From Verrucomicrobiia bacterium (GTDB lineage Bacteria; Verrucomicrobiota; Verrucomicrobiia; Palsa-1439): a stretch of DNA of 64,000 nt. Below the pieces are notes generated by a model that ran no database searches, had not been told where the DNA came from, and was given only the letters and a program-made list of their open reading frames with translations. Of this stretch, positions 1 through 13,631 are shown one piece after another. The stretch's first letter is position 1, and every line of letters starts with the position of its first letter. The translations under genes were made by a program, and so were the position numbers. The stretch covers positions 632 to 64,631 of the forward strand of contig JBBISF010000001.1 in NCBI GenBank assembly GCA_037441425.1. Reading direction: 5' to 3'.

Positions 1-121
1 AACCCCCCGGGGCGTTCATTTCTGCTTGCCGGCAGGTGCGGCTCCGGTTACCTTCGGTGAAGGCGTTGATTTCCTGCGAGCGGTCGCCCGGGAAATCGTG
101 AACCAGTAGGAGAACCAGATC

Positions 122-2104
122 ATGACGGAGCAGAAGAAAGCCATTTCCACCGATTCCCTAATGACTGAAACCCGGAAGTTCCCGCCGTCGGCCGAGGTCG
201 TCCGCCGCGCCCACGTCAACGCCGCCCAGTATGCCCAGATGTACGCGCGGTCGGTCAAAGATTCCGACGCGTTCTGGCTGGAGCAGGCCGGCACGCTGGA
301 GTGGTTCAAGCCGCCGACCGTGGCCCGCAAGTTCACCTGGAACACCGATAACCGCGTGATCAAGCACACGTGGTTCGAGGATGGGCAACTCAATCTCACG
401 GTCAACTGTCTCGACCGGCACCTGAAAACCGCGACGGCCGACAAGGTCGCCCTCCTCTGGCAGGGCGAACCGGAAAACGAAGTCAAAAAGATCACCTACA
501 GACAGTTGCACGCCGAGGTGTGCCAGTTCGCCAACGTGCTCAAGTCGCACGGCGTGAAGAAGGGCGACCGGGTGGCGATCTACATGGGCATGGTGCCGGA
601 ATTGCCGGTCGTGATGCTCGCCTGCGCCCGCATCGGGGCGATTCATTCGATCATCTTCGGCGGGTTCAGCGCGGATTCGTTGGCGGACCGGATCAATGAT
701 TCGGCGTGCAAGATGTTGATCACCTGCAACGTGTCATTGCGGGCCGGCAAGCAGATCAAACTGAAGGAGATTTGCGACGAGGCCTGCGCCAAAACCAAGT
801 CCATCGAGACGATGGTGGTGTACCGGCGCACGGCTGATCCGTGCGCGATGCAGCCGGGGCGCGATGTTTGGTATCACGAGGAAATGGCGAAGGCCGCGCC
901 GGATTGTCCGCCGGAAAAACTCGACGCGGAAGATTCTCTGTTCATCCTCTACACGTCCGGCTCGACCGGCAAACCGAAAGGCGTGGTCCATTCCACCGCC
1001 GGCTATCTCCTGCACGCGGCGTTGACGCACAAGTACGTCTTCGACATCCACGATGACGACATTTACTGGTGCACGGCGGACATCGGGTGGGTGACCGGCC
1101 ACAGTTACATCGTCTATGGCCCGCTGTGCAACGGCGCGACCAGCGTGATGTTCGAGGGTGTGCCGACGTTCCCGGATGCCGGGCGGTTCTGGCACATCGT
1201 CCAGAAATTCAAGTGCACCGTGTTCTACACCGCGCCGACGGCGATCCGCGCGCTCATCCGGTTGGGCGACGAATGGCCGAACAAGTACGACCTGAGTTCA
1301 CTGCGCGTGCTCGGCACGGTGGGCGAACCGATCAACCCGGAAGCGTGGATGTGGTATTACAAAGTCATCGGCAAGGAACGCATCCCGATTGTGGACACGT
1401 GGTGGCAGACGGAGACCGGCGGGATTCTCATCACGGCGTTGCCGGGGGCGACGACGTTGAAACCCGGCAGCGCCACCAAACCGTTCTTTGGCGTCGAGCC
1501 GGTCATCCTGCGCGACGACGGCAGCGAGTGCCGTCCCAACGAAGGCGGCAAACTCTGCATCCAGAAACCGTGGCCCGGCATGATGCGCACCACGTGGGGC
1601 GACCACAACCGGTTCATCAGCACGTATTTCACCATGTACAAGAACATCTACTTCACCGGCGACGGTTGCCGGAAAGATGAAGATGGGGATTTCTGGTTGA
1701 TGGGCCGGATTGACGACGTGGTCAATGTGTCCGGCCACCGCATCGGCACCGCCGAGGTGGAAAGCGCGCTGGTCAGCCATCCGAAAGTGGCCGAGGCCGC
1801 CGTGGCCCCGATGCCACATGAGATCAAAGGCCAGGCGCTCTACGCCTTTGTCACGCTGCGGGACGGCGTCCATGAAAGCGAGGAACTGAAGAAGGAACTC
1901 GCCGCCCACGTCCGCAAAGAGATTGGGTCCATTGCCGTGCCGGACAAACTCCAGTTTGCGCCGGCACTGCCCAAAACCCGGTCCGGCAAGATCATGCGCC
2001 GGATCCTGCGCAAGATCGCGGAGAATCAAATTGAACAGATCGGCGACACCACCACCCTGGCCGACCCGCACGTCGTGGAAGTGCTCGTCCAGAACCGGCA
2101 GTAG
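122..2104 (+). CDS. acs: acetyl-CoA synthetase (AMP-forming)
   Basis: 660-aa ORF with the AMP-binding signature [19 protein letters not shown] and C-terminal [11 protein letters not shown]. Length and overall layout are typical of Acs. Confidence 0.95.
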   Translation: MTEQKKAISTDSLMTETRKFPPSAEVVRRAHVNAAQYAQMYARSVKDSDAFWLEQAGTLEWFKPPTVARKFTWNTDNRVIKHTWFEDGQLNLTVNCLDRHLKTATADKVALLWQGEPENEVKKITYRQLHAEVCQFANVLKSHGVKKGDRVAIYMGMVPELPVVMLACARIGAIHSIIFGGFSADSLADRINDSACKMLITCNVSLRAGKQIKLKEICDEACAKTKSIETMVVYRRTADPCAMQPGRDVWYHEEMAKAAPDCPPEKLDAEDSLFILYTSGSTGKPKGVVHSTAGYLLHAALTHKYVFDIHDDDIYWCTADIGWVTGHSYIVYGPLCNGATSVMFEGVPTFPDAGRFWHIVQKFKCTVFYTAPTAIRALIRLGDEWPNKYDLSSLRVLGTVGEPINPEAWMWYYKVIGKERIPIVDTWWQTETGGILITALPGATTLKPGSATKPFFGVEPVILRDDGSECRPNEGGKLCIQKPWPGMMRTTWGDHNRFISTYFTMYKNIYFTGDGCRKDEDGDFWLMGRIDDVVNVSGHRIGTAEVESALVSHPKVAEAAVAPMPHEIKGQALYAFVTLRDGVHESEELKKELAAHVRKEIGSIAVPDKLQFAPALPKTRSGKIMRRILRKIAENQIEQIGDTTTLADPHVVEVLVQNRQ

Positions 2105-2170
2105 ACCGGTGATGGACGCGGCGGCTTGTCTTTCCGCAACGGCTCCCGTAAAAGAGACCAGAGGCGGGCA

Positions 2171-2632
2171 ATGAACTATTGCCATACGCAGAAGGCGCCG
2201 TTGTACCTGACCTTGCTCGGCTTGGCGGCAATCCTCGCCATCGTGGCCGCGCGCCAACCGCCGCGATCACCGGACCGTACGGGACTGTTGCTCGGTGCGG
2301 TGATTGTGACGTTGCTGGCGGCGTGTTTCGGCACGCTGACCGTGCGCGATGCCGGCGAGAAACTGGCCGTCAAGTTTGGCCCGGTTCCGCTGTTCCACAA
2401 GAACATCCGGTACACGGACATGCGCGGTGTGGAAGCCGCCCGGTCCAGCTTCCTGGATGGTTGGGGTATCCACTATCGCCCCGGCGGCGGCTGGCTTTGG
2501 AATCTCTGGGGCTACGATTGTGTCCGCATCCAGCTCCAGAAAACCGCCATCCGCATCGGCACCGACGACCCGCTGGGGTTGACCGCGTTCCTGAAGACCA
2601 AACTCTCGGCGGACGATTCGCGCACCTGCTAG
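2171..2632 (+). CDS. hypothetical membrane protein (two predicted TM helices plus a small soluble domain)
   Basis: In-frame ATG at 2171 (MNYCHTQ...) inside ORF 2126..2632. Two hydrophobic stretches (LYLTLLGLAAILAIVAA, LLLGAVIVTLLAACFG). No family recognised. Confidence 0.45.
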   Translation: MNYCHTQKAPLYLTLLGLAAILAIVAARQPPRSPDRTGLLLGAVIVTLLAACFGTLTVRDAGEKLAVKFGPVPLFHKNIRYTDMRGVEAARSSFLDGWGIHYRPGGGWLWNLWGYDCVRIQLQKTAIRIGTDDPLGLTAFLKTKLSADDSRTC

Positions 2633-3966
2633 AACTTGTAGATCACCGACAACTGCTCACGGAGGCTGTTGCCGCCGGCTTGCGCCTTATAACCCGTGCG
2701 CAAGCAGCTGATTTCGGCGCCGAGTGTCAGGCTGGCGTTGAGGGCGTACTGCGCGTTGCCGAAGACGAGTTCGTTGTAGGTCCGGCCCCCGGTGGCCAGC
2801 TCGTCATCGTTGGGGTCGTCACACCCGGCGCCGACGTTGAACTGCCACCTGGCATCCGGGGTCAGCGTGAGTGCGGCCCAGCCGCCACGGGCGCGAATGC
2901 CCCGGTAATCCGTGGCGCTGACCACGCGCACTCCCTGGCCGACGCCGCCGAGGTAGGCATCGAGGTTTTGCCCGACAAACCCTTCGGCTTGGAGCGCAAG
3001 CCAAGTGGTGACCGGCAACGTCAGGTCCACGTTCAACGACCAAGTGTCCACTTTCCGGTGGGCGTTGTATTCCTGCTGGCCCCAGTGGCCGGAAACACCG
3101 ACCGTGGTTGGTTTCTTCGTCAACAGGGGGAGACTGACGCTGGCCCGACCCTGAACCGTGGGGAATCCGACCTCCTGCCCCGTGTCGTAGTTGGCCCCGG
3201 TCCAGGAATTCGTGCAACCAATCGTGCGCGACGCCGCCAGTTCCAACTTGACGGTCAGATTGTCCGTCACCGGAAGCGATTCGGTCAGGCGGATCTGCGG
3301 GCGCCGGTAACCAATGTCGCCCTGCCACCAGCCGACGGTGTAATTGAGCGTGGGCGTCACCAGCGGCGAGATCACGTCGGCGGTCTGACCGGCCAAGGCG
3401 GTCAGATGCCATTGCGGCCACGTGGCCGTGACGTACGCCTGACGCAGCATCGGGTTGGGTTTGTTCTCCGCGCCACCTCCATAGAAGTCAATCTCGACGA
3501 GACCGGCGGTGGTCAGATCCGGACTGGAGGGACCTTTGAGTATGGCCCCCAACCGGGTTTGGTTGGCCGTTAGGTTGAACAGATCGCTGTGCCGGCCCCC
3601 TTCCTCGGATTCCACCCACCGCGCGTAATCGCCACTGGACGTGCGGGCGGAATCAAATGCCGCGTCGAGCTTGATGTAGCCGTAGAGTTGGAGATCCAGA
3701 CCGGAATGAACCGGTTGGCCTTTGATGGCCGCCAGCGTCTTGAGTTTGCCCACCTCTTCCTGAGTCAACGCCGGAATCGGCGCGGAAGCGCGTTGGTGGA
3801 GCAGTTGTTTGATTTCGCCCAACTCGCCCTCGACTTTCTCCAGGCGCTGACGGAGTTCGGCGTTCTCCTGTTTCAGCGCCTCCACCTCCGCAGGCGCGGA
3901 GTCACCCAACGCCTGCCGACCTGCGAGCAGTGCGAGAACGGACAAAACACGGAAGATATTTTTCAT
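2629..3966 (-). CDS. outer-membrane beta-barrel porin with N-terminal coiled coil (DcaP-like architecture)
   Basis: Signal peptide MKNIFRVLSVLALLAG and a coiled-coil segment (AEVEALKQENAELRQRLEKVEGELGEIKQLL). The body is Gly/Tyr/Thr-rich with alternating residues, and the terminus ...SVIYKF is aromatic as in OM barrels. Confidence 0.6.
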   Translation of the reverse strand: MKNIFRVLSVLALLAGRQALGDSAPAEVEALKQENAELRQRLEKVEGELGEIKQLLHQRASAPIPALTQEEVGKLKTLAAIKGQPVHSGLDLQLYGYIKLDAAFDSARTSSGDYARWVESEEGGRHSDLFNLTANQTRLGAILKGPSSPDLTTAGLVEIDFYGGGAENKPNPMLRQAYVTATWPQWHLTALAGQTADVISPLVTPTLNYTVGWWQGDIGYRRPQIRLTESLPVTDNLTVKLELAASRTIGCTNSWTGANYDTGQEVGFPTVQGRASVSLPLLTKKPTTVGVSGHWGQQEYNAHRKVDTWSLNVDLTLPVTTWLALQAEGFVGQNLDAYLGGVGQGVRVVSATDYRGIRARGGWAALTLTPDARWQFNVGAGCDDPNDDELATGGRTYNELVFGNAQYALNASLTLGAEISCLRTGYKAQAGGNSLREQLSVIYKF

Positions 3967-4032
3967 GGAATCACCCAGTCCATCACCGATATTCAGGCGC
4001 AGTCAGAGCGCCTCTCCGAGGCGCCGAACAGG

Positions 4033-4517
4033 TTAGCACCGGGAATACCAACGAGACACAACATGGACAACAAACGCGAACCGAAGGCCTTGCGCACAAC
4101 CGGTCGCGCGCACGAGGCGACGCGCGGTGACAAAGTGTCGACTCCAACCGCAATTGCTGACACTTTGTCCCGCCGCGCGCTGCATGTCGCGGAACGGCCG
4201 GTTGCTGCCCTGCCACACTGCCGGGTCGCTGCCACTGTGCTGAATGTGAACGCTGACGTACCCGGGACTCGCCCAGAACCGGTCCAGATACTCATAGCCT
4301 TCCCGGGAGCCACCCAGTCCATGCGAAAAGATGATCACCGGAAACGGACCGGCGCCATCCTGCGGATAATAGATGCGTGCCGGCACGGGCCGGTGCCGGG
4401 CTTGATCCACCCAATCCAAGTTGATGACGCCCACCCTGTGCGGTCCCGGTTGCTGATTTGTCCGTACACATCGGCCACCACCAACGCCGACATCATCCAT
4501 TGAAGAATCGGTTTCAT
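4033..4517 (-). pseudogene. alpha/beta hydrolase (PAF-acetylhydrolase / dienelactone-hydrolase-like) remnant, frameshifted and 3'-truncated
   Basis: A signal-peptide-like start (MKPILQWMMSALVVADVYGQ, ATG 4517) is in one frame. The hydrolase core (PARIYYPQDGAGPFPVIIFSHGLGGSREGYEYL...VSVHIQHSGSD) is in another frame, with the shift near 4450. No GxSxG nucleophile region follows, and the porin gene begins at 3966. Confidence 0.5.
4035..4050 (-). promoter_or_regulatory. candidate sigma-54 (-24/-12) promoter upstream of the porin gene
   Basis: The minus strand reads TGGTATTCCCGGTGCT, with GG-N10-GC spacing as in TGGCACG-N4-TTGCW. It lies about 70-85 nt upstream of the porin ATG (3966). The -12 element is GTGC rather than TTGC. 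Confidence 0.25.
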
Positions 4518-4610
4518 CTCGGTCAGCCTCCGTGGTATAAGATTGCGGGGGAAAAGTAATGGTTACAGGCCGCATCTCACCTGTAACTTTCGGCAGGCCG
4601 GCGGCTCAGT

Positions 4611-4787
4611 ATGGGCGACATGATTGCCAAACTTGTCATCGGAATCGTCATCGGCGGGGCGCTCGGTTATGCCAACTACCGGTTCATCGGTTGCTCGACC
4701 GGCACGTGCCCGCTTTCCAGCAATCCGTGGATCAGCACCGTGTACGGCATGGTGATCGGCGGACTGATCGGCGGGAGTTTTCGTTAA
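4611..4787 (+). CDS. small membrane protein, DUF6132-like (not in the ORF track, 58 aa)
   Basis: Hand translation: MGDMIAKLVIGIVIGGALGYANYRFIGCSTGTCPLSSNPWISTVYGMVIGGLIGGSFR, stop TAA at 4785..4787. It has two Gly-rich TM segments around a CSTGTCP motif and is followed by a GGAGGA RBS for the next gene. Confidence 0.55.
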   Translation: MGDMIAKLVIGIVIGGALGYANYRFIGCSTGTCPLSSNPWISTVYGMVIGGLIGGSFR

Positions 4788-4804
4788 TCGGAGGAAACAA
4801 CATC

Positions 4805-5017
4805 ATGACCATTGAACGCTACATCCGTATCATTGCCGGCACATTCATCCTGATCAGTCTCGCGCTGGCGCATTGGGTAAGCCCGTACTGGCTGTGGTTC
4901 ACGGCCTTTGTCGGTGCCAACCTCTTCCAATCCGGCATTACCAAGTGGTGCCTGATGGAGGACATCCTCAAGAAATTCGGCGTTGGCAGCAGTGGCGGCA
5001 GTTGCTGCGGAAAATGA
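4805..5017 (+). CDS. DUF2892 (YgaP-like transmembrane domain) protein with Cys-rich tail
   Basis: Internal ATG at 4805 preceded by GGAGGAAACA. MTIERYIRIIAGTFILISLALAHWVSPYWLWFTAFVGANLFQSGITKWC is the typical DUF2892 pattern. The tail is GGSCCGK, and the stop overlaps the next start (ATGA). Confidence 0.7.
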   Translation: MTIERYIRIIAGTFILISLALAHWVSPYWLWFTAFVGANLFQSGITKWCLMEDILKKFGVGSSGGSCCGK

Positions 5018-6342
5018 AATGGGCCGTCGCCATTCTTGTCGTTGCTCTGACCGCGAGCGTTCACGCCCAAGACGCACCCCGCGTTTTGACGCTGGATGAA
5101 GCCATCCGGCTCGCGCTGGCGAAGAACCCGGACCTGGCCACCGCCCAGCAACGCATTGCCGCCGCGCGCGCCGGACTGCGCCAAGCCGACGCCGCATTCT
5201 GGCCACAGGTGCGGGTCAGTGAAAGCTACGCCGCCAGCGACAATCCAGTGCAGGCGTTCATGATGACGCTCAACCAACGGGCGTTCAACTTCGGCGCGAA
5301 CTTCAACCACCCGGAAACCACCGACAATCTCAACACCAAGATCCTCGCCCAATGGTCGCTGTACGACGGCGGGCGCAATGTCGCCACCCGGCAAGCCGCG
5401 CGCCTCGGCGCGGAAGCCACCGAACAATCGCTCGCCGCGGTCCGCAACGACCTTGTCTTTGAAGTCACCCGCGCGTTCCACACCATCGGCAAAGCCCGGC
5501 AATTCATCGCGGCCGCCGCCGCCGCCGTGAACAGCATGGCATCCAACGTCAACGTGGCCAGCAACCGGTTCAGCCAGGGCGCGGTATTGAAGAGCGACCT
5601 GCTTGACGCCGAAGTCCGGCTCGCGGAAGCCCGCGAGAATCTCGTTCGCGCCCGCAACGCGCTGGCCCTTTCGGAAACGGTCTTCCGCAACGTGCTCGGC
5701 GTGGGGGAAGATGAAAATGTGACGGCGGGCGACGGTGGGTTTGGCTCCGACCAAGCCGTTCCGCCGGGCGGCGCGGCGGGACGCGCGCCCGCCAATGAAT
5801 TGGTTGCCCGCCCCGAACTGCTCGCCGCGCAAAAAGCGGTCGCGGCGGTGGAGAAACAAGTGCGGATTGCGGCCAGCGGCAATCGGCCGCATCTCCATGC
5901 GTTTGCGAGTTACGACCTCGACAGCGGTGATGCCCGGCATTATGCCAATAGCTGGGTCGGGGGCGTGAGTGTGGAGTTGAATGTGTTCGACGGTTTCCTC
6001 ACGCGCGGCCAAGTGGCCGAAGCCCGCGCCCATCTCGCCGCCACCCGGGAACAATTGCGCAAACTGGAGTTGGCGATTCAATTCGAAGTCAAACAAGCGC
6101 GGTTGAATCTCGACGAGGCTCAAGCCCGGTTGGAAACCACCACCCATGTCGTGGCCCAAGCCGAAGAAAGCCGGCAGATTACGAAGGACCGATACGCCAA
6201 CGGCCTCGCACTGCTCACCCAGTTGCTCGATGCCGAAACGGCGGTAACCTCCGCCCGGCAACGCCGCGCCGCGGCGAAAGCGGATTATTTGATCGCCCTA
6301 GCCGCCCTCGACCGGGCCTTGGGCAAATCGTGGAAGGAATGA
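5014..6342 (+). CDS. TolC-family outer membrane efflux protein
   Basis: Signal peptide MKWAVAILVVALTASVHAQ at in-frame ATG 5014. Two repeated OEP-type coiled-coil halves (LTLDEAIRLALAKNPDL..., ...AAAKADYLIALAALDRALG). Confidence 0.85.
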   Translation: MKWAVAILVVALTASVHAQDAPRVLTLDEAIRLALAKNPDLATAQQRIAAARAGLRQADAAFWPQVRVSESYAASDNPVQAFMMTLNQRAFNFGANFNHPETTDNLNTKILAQWSLYDGGRNVATRQAARLGAEATEQSLAAVRNDLVFEVTRAFHTIGKARQFIAAAAAAVNSMASNVNVASNRFSQGAVLKSDLLDAEVRLAEARENLVRARNALALSETVFRNVLGVGEDENVTAGDGGFGSDQAVPPGGAAGRAPANELVARPELLAAQKAVAAVEKQVRIAASGNRPHLHAFASYDLDSGDARHYANSWVGGVSVELNVFDGFLTRGQVAEARAHLAATREQLRKLELAIQFEVKQARLNLDEAQARLETTTHVVAQAEESRQITKDRYANGLALLTQLLDAETAVTSARQRRAAAKADYLIALAALDRALGKSWKE

Positions 6343-6345
6343 TGG

Positions 6346-7291
6346 ATGAAACGGACCTCTTGGATTTTTCCGGCGATCGCCCTCCCGTTGCTGTTCGGCT
6401 GCGGGCCGAAACAGGAACGTGCTGAAGACAACCGCCCGGCGGTCAAAGTGCAGACACTCACTGCCGCACTGAAAAGCGTGCCGGACATTCATGAGGTGGT
6501 CGGCACGGTGCGGCCCAAGCTTGCCGCGACGGTTTCCGCCAAGGTCATGGCGTCCATCGAACAAATTCCCGTCACCGCCGGGGACACTGTCACCGCGGGT
6601 CAGTTGTTGGCGAAGCTCGACGACCGGGACCTGCGCGCGGAATTCGAACGCGCCCAAGCCGACTACAACCGCTTCAAGGCGTTGCTCGACAAACAAGCCG
6701 CAACCCGCGCGGAGTTCGACGCCGTGCAATCGCGTTACCGGGTGGCCGAAACCGCACTGAGTTATGCGACGCTCACCGCCCCGTTCACCGGAGTTGTCGC
6801 GCAAAAGTTGTGCGATGCCGGTGATATGGCGGCTCCCGGCAAGCCGTTGTTCGTCATCGAGCAAGCAGGCGCGTTCCGGCTTGAAGCGCAGGTGCCGGAC
6901 CGGTTTGCCGAAGCGGTGGTGGTCGGCAAGAGCGCGAACGTCGTGGTGGATGCTACCGGGGAGAAATGCGCTGGCCCGATCGCGGAAGTCGTTCCGGCGG
7001 CGGATCCCGCCACCCGCAGCTTTCTCGTCAAAATTGATTTGGACTGCCGGCAACCGTTGCGGTCCGGCATGTTTGGCCGCGCGCAACTGCTCATCGGTGA
7101 ACGCACGGCCATATTCGTTCCGAAGTCGGCGCTGCACGAGCGGGGGCAGTTGACCTATCTGTTCGTGGTCACGGACGGCCAGGCGCAGATGCGGCTGGTG
7201 AAACCCGGCAAAGAATATCTCGACGCCGTCGAGATTTTATCCGGCTTGGAACCCGGCGAGAAAGTGGTCGTGCGTGCCGAAGCGGAACTGA

Positions 7292-7320
<29 letters not shown>
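6346..7320 (+). CDS. RND efflux periplasmic adaptor (membrane fusion protein)
   Basis: Lipoprotein-like N-terminus (LLFGCG). HlyD/biotinyl-lipoyl-like motifs ([40 protein letters not shown]). Confidence 0.9.
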
Positions 7321-10609
<3,289 letters not shown>

Positions 10610-10642
10610 CAAGGTGTCAGTCTCCTTTTAGTCTGAGCCGAT

Positions 10643-12196
10643 ATGGCGGGTTCGGAACGCGAGCAACGACTGGAATTCCTCAGCATCAAAGTGCGCGACA
10701 CAGAGTTGTTGCGCGCATTGCGTCCGTTCTTTGAGCAGCAGGCACCGCTGGTGGTCGACGAGTTTTACGAGCACCTGAAGTTTTTCCCGGAAACGGCGCA
10801 GTTGCTCCACGACCGTACGACCGTGGAGCGGCTCAAGAAGTTGCAGTACGACTATCTGCTGCGCATTACTGCCGGCAACTTCGATGACGCTTATTTTGCG
10901 GAGCGGTTGCGGATCGGGCAGGCGCACGAGCGGGTGGGCTTGTCGCCGCGCTGGTATCTGGCGGCATACAGCCATTACCTGAACTTGTTCACCCCGTTGC
11001 TCCAGCGGCGCTTCGCGAACGATCCGGAGCGGGCCGCGGCCAGCGTGCAGGCGTTGACCAAAGTGTTCATGCTCGACGCTTCGCTGGCCATGGACGCGTA
11101 CATCGCCAGCGACCGGTACCGGCAACTGCAACAACTCCAGAGTATCGTCAATGACTCCGCCGATGTGATCTTCATGCTCGACAATGAGAAATGCTTTCGG
11201 ACCTGGAATCGCGCCGCCGCCCATATCTTTGGTTGGAAGGCGGATGAGATCATCGGCAAACATGTGAACCTCATCATCCCGCCGGACCGCATCAAAGCCG
11301 GCGAGCTGGCGTATATTGACCAGAAGATTGCGCAGCACGGATTCTGTCAACTCGAGACGACCCGGCTGGCCCGGGAGGGCCGGGAAGTGCCGGTGGAACT
11401 CACGTTGTCCATGCTCCGCGATCCGCAGGGCGCGCCGCTGGGGCGCTCCGTCATCCTGCGCGACATCACCGACCGCAAACGCCTCGAAGAAGCGAAGCTG
11501 CAATCCGAACGGCTCGCCACCATCGGGGCGATGGCCGCGCGGTTGGCCCATGAAATCCGCAATCCGCTCAGCTCGATCACGTTAAACATCGAGTTGGTGC
11601 GCGACGAGGTGGAAACGTTGACCGCCCCCAGTCCGCCCGCCGGCCGCGAGGCGCGGACGTTGTTGAGTTCGATTGATTCCGAGGTGCGGCGCATCCAGCG
11701 CGTGACGGAAGATTATCTCCAGTTTGCCCGGCTGCCGAAGTTGCGGCGCGAACAGGTCTTGCTGCAGGATTTGCTGACCCAAGGATTGTCCTTTATGGGC
11801 TCACTGTTTGAGGCCGCCGCGATCAAGGTCGAGACGACGTTGCCGGCGGATCTGCCCCCCATGCACGTGGACGAGAGCCAGCTCTGGCAGGCGTTGTTGA
11901 ATCTGATCCGCAACGCCATCGAAGCGATGCCGCAAGGCGGCACGTTGCGCATCGAAGCCGCCATGGCGGATCGCGAAGTGCTCCTGCGCGTCGCGGATAC
12001 CGGCAAGGGGATGACGCCCGAGGAGCGCTCGAAAATTTTCAAACCCTTCTTCAGCACCAAAGCGGGCGGGACCGGTCTGGGGTTGCCGCTCACGCAACAG
12101 ATCGTTGACGAGCATGGCGGCCGGATCGAATGCACGAGCACGGCCGGCAAAGGCACGGTGTTCACCATTCATCTGCCGCTGACAAAGGAATCCTGA
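10643..12196 (+). CDS. globin-coupled sensor histidine kinase (protoglobin - PAS - HisKA - HATPase_c)
   Basis: The N-terminus matches the globin-coupled-sensor pattern (EFYEHL distal Tyr region; RLRIGQAHERVGLSPRWYLAAY proximal His). A PAS domain follows (ADVIFMLDNEKCFRTWNRAAAHIFGW...). The H-box is LAHEIRNPLSS, and N/G boxes are present (IRNAIEAM, DTGKGM, GGTGLGL). Confidence 0.85.
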   Translation: MAGSEREQRLEFLSIKVRDTELLRALRPFFEQQAPLVVDEFYEHLKFFPETAQLLHDRTTVERLKKLQYDYLLRITAGNFDDAYFAERLRIGQAHERVGLSPRWYLAAYSHYLNLFTPLLQRRFANDPERAAASVQALTKVFMLDASLAMDAYIASDRYRQLQQLQSIVNDSADVIFMLDNEKCFRTWNRAAAHIFGWKADEIIGKHVNLIIPPDRIKAGELAYIDQKIAQHGFCQLETTRLAREGREVPVELTLSMLRDPQGAPLGRSVILRDITDRKRLEEAKLQSERLATIGAMAARLAHEIRNPLSSITLNIELVRDEVETLTAPSPPAGREARTLLSSIDSEVRRIQRVTEDYLQFARLPKLRREQVLLQDLLTQGLSFMGSLFEAAAIKVETTLPADLPPMHVDESQLWQALLNLIRNAIEAMPQGGTLRIEAAMADREVLLRVADTGKGMTPEERSKIFKPFFSTKAGGTGLGLPLTQQIVDEHGGRIECTSTAGKGTVFTIHLPLTKES

Positions 12197-12197
12197 C

Positions 12198-13553
12198 ATG
12201 GCCAAACGCGCTGATATTTTGTTGGTGGACGACGAAGAAGCGTTGTGCACCGCCGCGGAGAAGATTCTCGCCAAAGAGGGCTACCACGTGACGTGCGTCC
12301 ACACGGCGGCGGCCGGGTTGGAGACGTTCGTGAGCCAAGGCGCGGACCTGATGATCACCGATTTGATGTTGCCGGATCGCGACGGCGTGGAGGTGCTGCG
12401 CCGCGCAAAGGAAGCCCGCCCGGATGTGGAGGTCATCATCATTACCGGCCACGGCACGGTGGAGAAGGCCGTCGAGGCGATGCGGCTCGGCGCGTACGAC
12501 TTCATCGAGAAACCACTGGACCGCGCGCAACTGCTGCGGGCCGTCTCGCGGGCCGTCGAAAAACAGCGGTTGGCCTCCGAGAACCGGCAACTCCGTGAGA
12601 AACTCCAACTGCAACTCAATGAGGCGGCCTTTGTCGGCAACAGCCCGTCGATGGTGGCCGTCAAAAAACTCGTCAGACAAATCGCGCCCACCGATGTCAG
12701 TGTGTTGATTCAGGGCGAGAGCGGCACCGGCAAGGAAGTCGTGGCCGATCTGATTCACAGTCTGAGCATGCGCCGCGAGAACGCGATCGTGAAGATCAGT
12801 TGCGCGGCCATTCCGGAGACACTGCTGGAAAGCGAATTGTTCGGTTACGAACGCGGCGCGTTCACGGGCGCATCCACTTCCAAGCCTGGCAAGTTCGAGC
12901 TGGCGCATGGCGGCACCTTGTTCCTCGACGAAATTGCCGAGATGACGCCGACGTTGCAGGCCAAGTTGCTGCGAGTGTTGCAGGATGGCCGGTTGCAACG
13001 GCTGGGGAGCACCAAGGATATTCAGATTGATGTCCGGGTGATCAGCGCCACGCACGTGGACATTCACAAGGCGATTGCGGATAATAAGTTTCGTGACGAC
13101 CTGTATTTCCGGCTCAACGTCGTGCAGGTGTTGCTGCCGCCGTTGCGGGAACGCAAGGAAGATATCCCGTTGCTGGCCGATCATTTTCTGAAAAAGTATG
13201 CGGCCCGGATGCGCAAAGAGGTGCGTTCCATCGCGCCCGAAGGCCTTGACCAACTTCTGGCGCATTCCTGGCCCGGCAATGTTCGCGAACTCGAAAACAC
13301 CCTGCAACGCGCGCTGGCCGTCGCGACCGAAGACACGATCAAACGCTTCCAGCTCATTCACTCGCCGGGCGCAGGCCGGGCCACGGGACCGTCCGTAACC
13401 ATTCCCATCGGCACGCCGTTGGCCAAGGCGGAAGATCAACTCATTCAGGAGACGCTCAACATTTGCGGTGGCGACAAGGAACGCGCGGCGCGGATGCTCG
13501 GCATCTCGTCGCGCACGCTCTACCGGCGCTCCTCGCGAGAACCGAGTTGCTGA
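12198..13553 (+). CDS. sigma-54-dependent response regulator (NtrC family)
   Basis: Receiver domain (ILLVDDEE...DLMITDLMLPDRDG) and AAA+ sigma-54 activator domain (GESGTGKEV, GAFTGA, ELFGYERGAFTG). C-terminal Fis-type HTH (ERAARMLGISSRTLYRR). Confidence 0.92.
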   Translation: MAKRADILLVDDEEALCTAAEKILAKEGYHVTCVHTAAAGLETFVSQGADLMITDLMLPDRDGVEVLRRAKEARPDVEVIIITGHGTVEKAVEAMRLGAYDFIEKPLDRAQLLRAVSRAVEKQRLASENRQLREKLQLQLNEAAFVGNSPSMVAVKKLVRQIAPTDVSVLIQGESGTGKEVVADLIHSLSMRRENAIVKISCAAIPETLLESELFGYERGAFTGASTSKPGKFELAHGGTLFLDEIAEMTPTLQAKLLRVLQDGRLQRLGSTKDIQIDVRVISATHVDIHKAIADNKFRDDLYFRLNVVQVLLPPLRERKEDIPLLADHFLKKYAARMRKEVRSIAPEGLDQLLAHSWPGNVRELENTLQRALAVATEDTIKRFQLIHSPGAGRATGPSVTIPIGTPLAKAEDQLIQETLNICGGDKERAARMLGISSRTLYRRSSREPSC

Positions 13554-13631
13554 CCTGCCAATTTGTCGGTCGAAACGGACTTCGCTGACATTGTGACCGA
13601 CACACCGCCGCGGCCGGCTTCCGCTTAAGTT

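Noticed and set aside
1-121. Possible gene start on the minus strand at 17..19 running off the left edge, and ORF 16..495 (minus).
   Set aside because: Only 19 nt of the putative gene are visible. ORF 16..495 overlaps acs antisense and has no features.
4533-4547. TGGTATAAGATTGCG as a sigma-54 promoter upstream of the small-ORF/RND operon.
   Set aside because: The GG-to-GC spacing is 9 nt, one short of the required 10. It is read more naturally as an extended -10 (TGnTATAAg), and even that is weak evidence.
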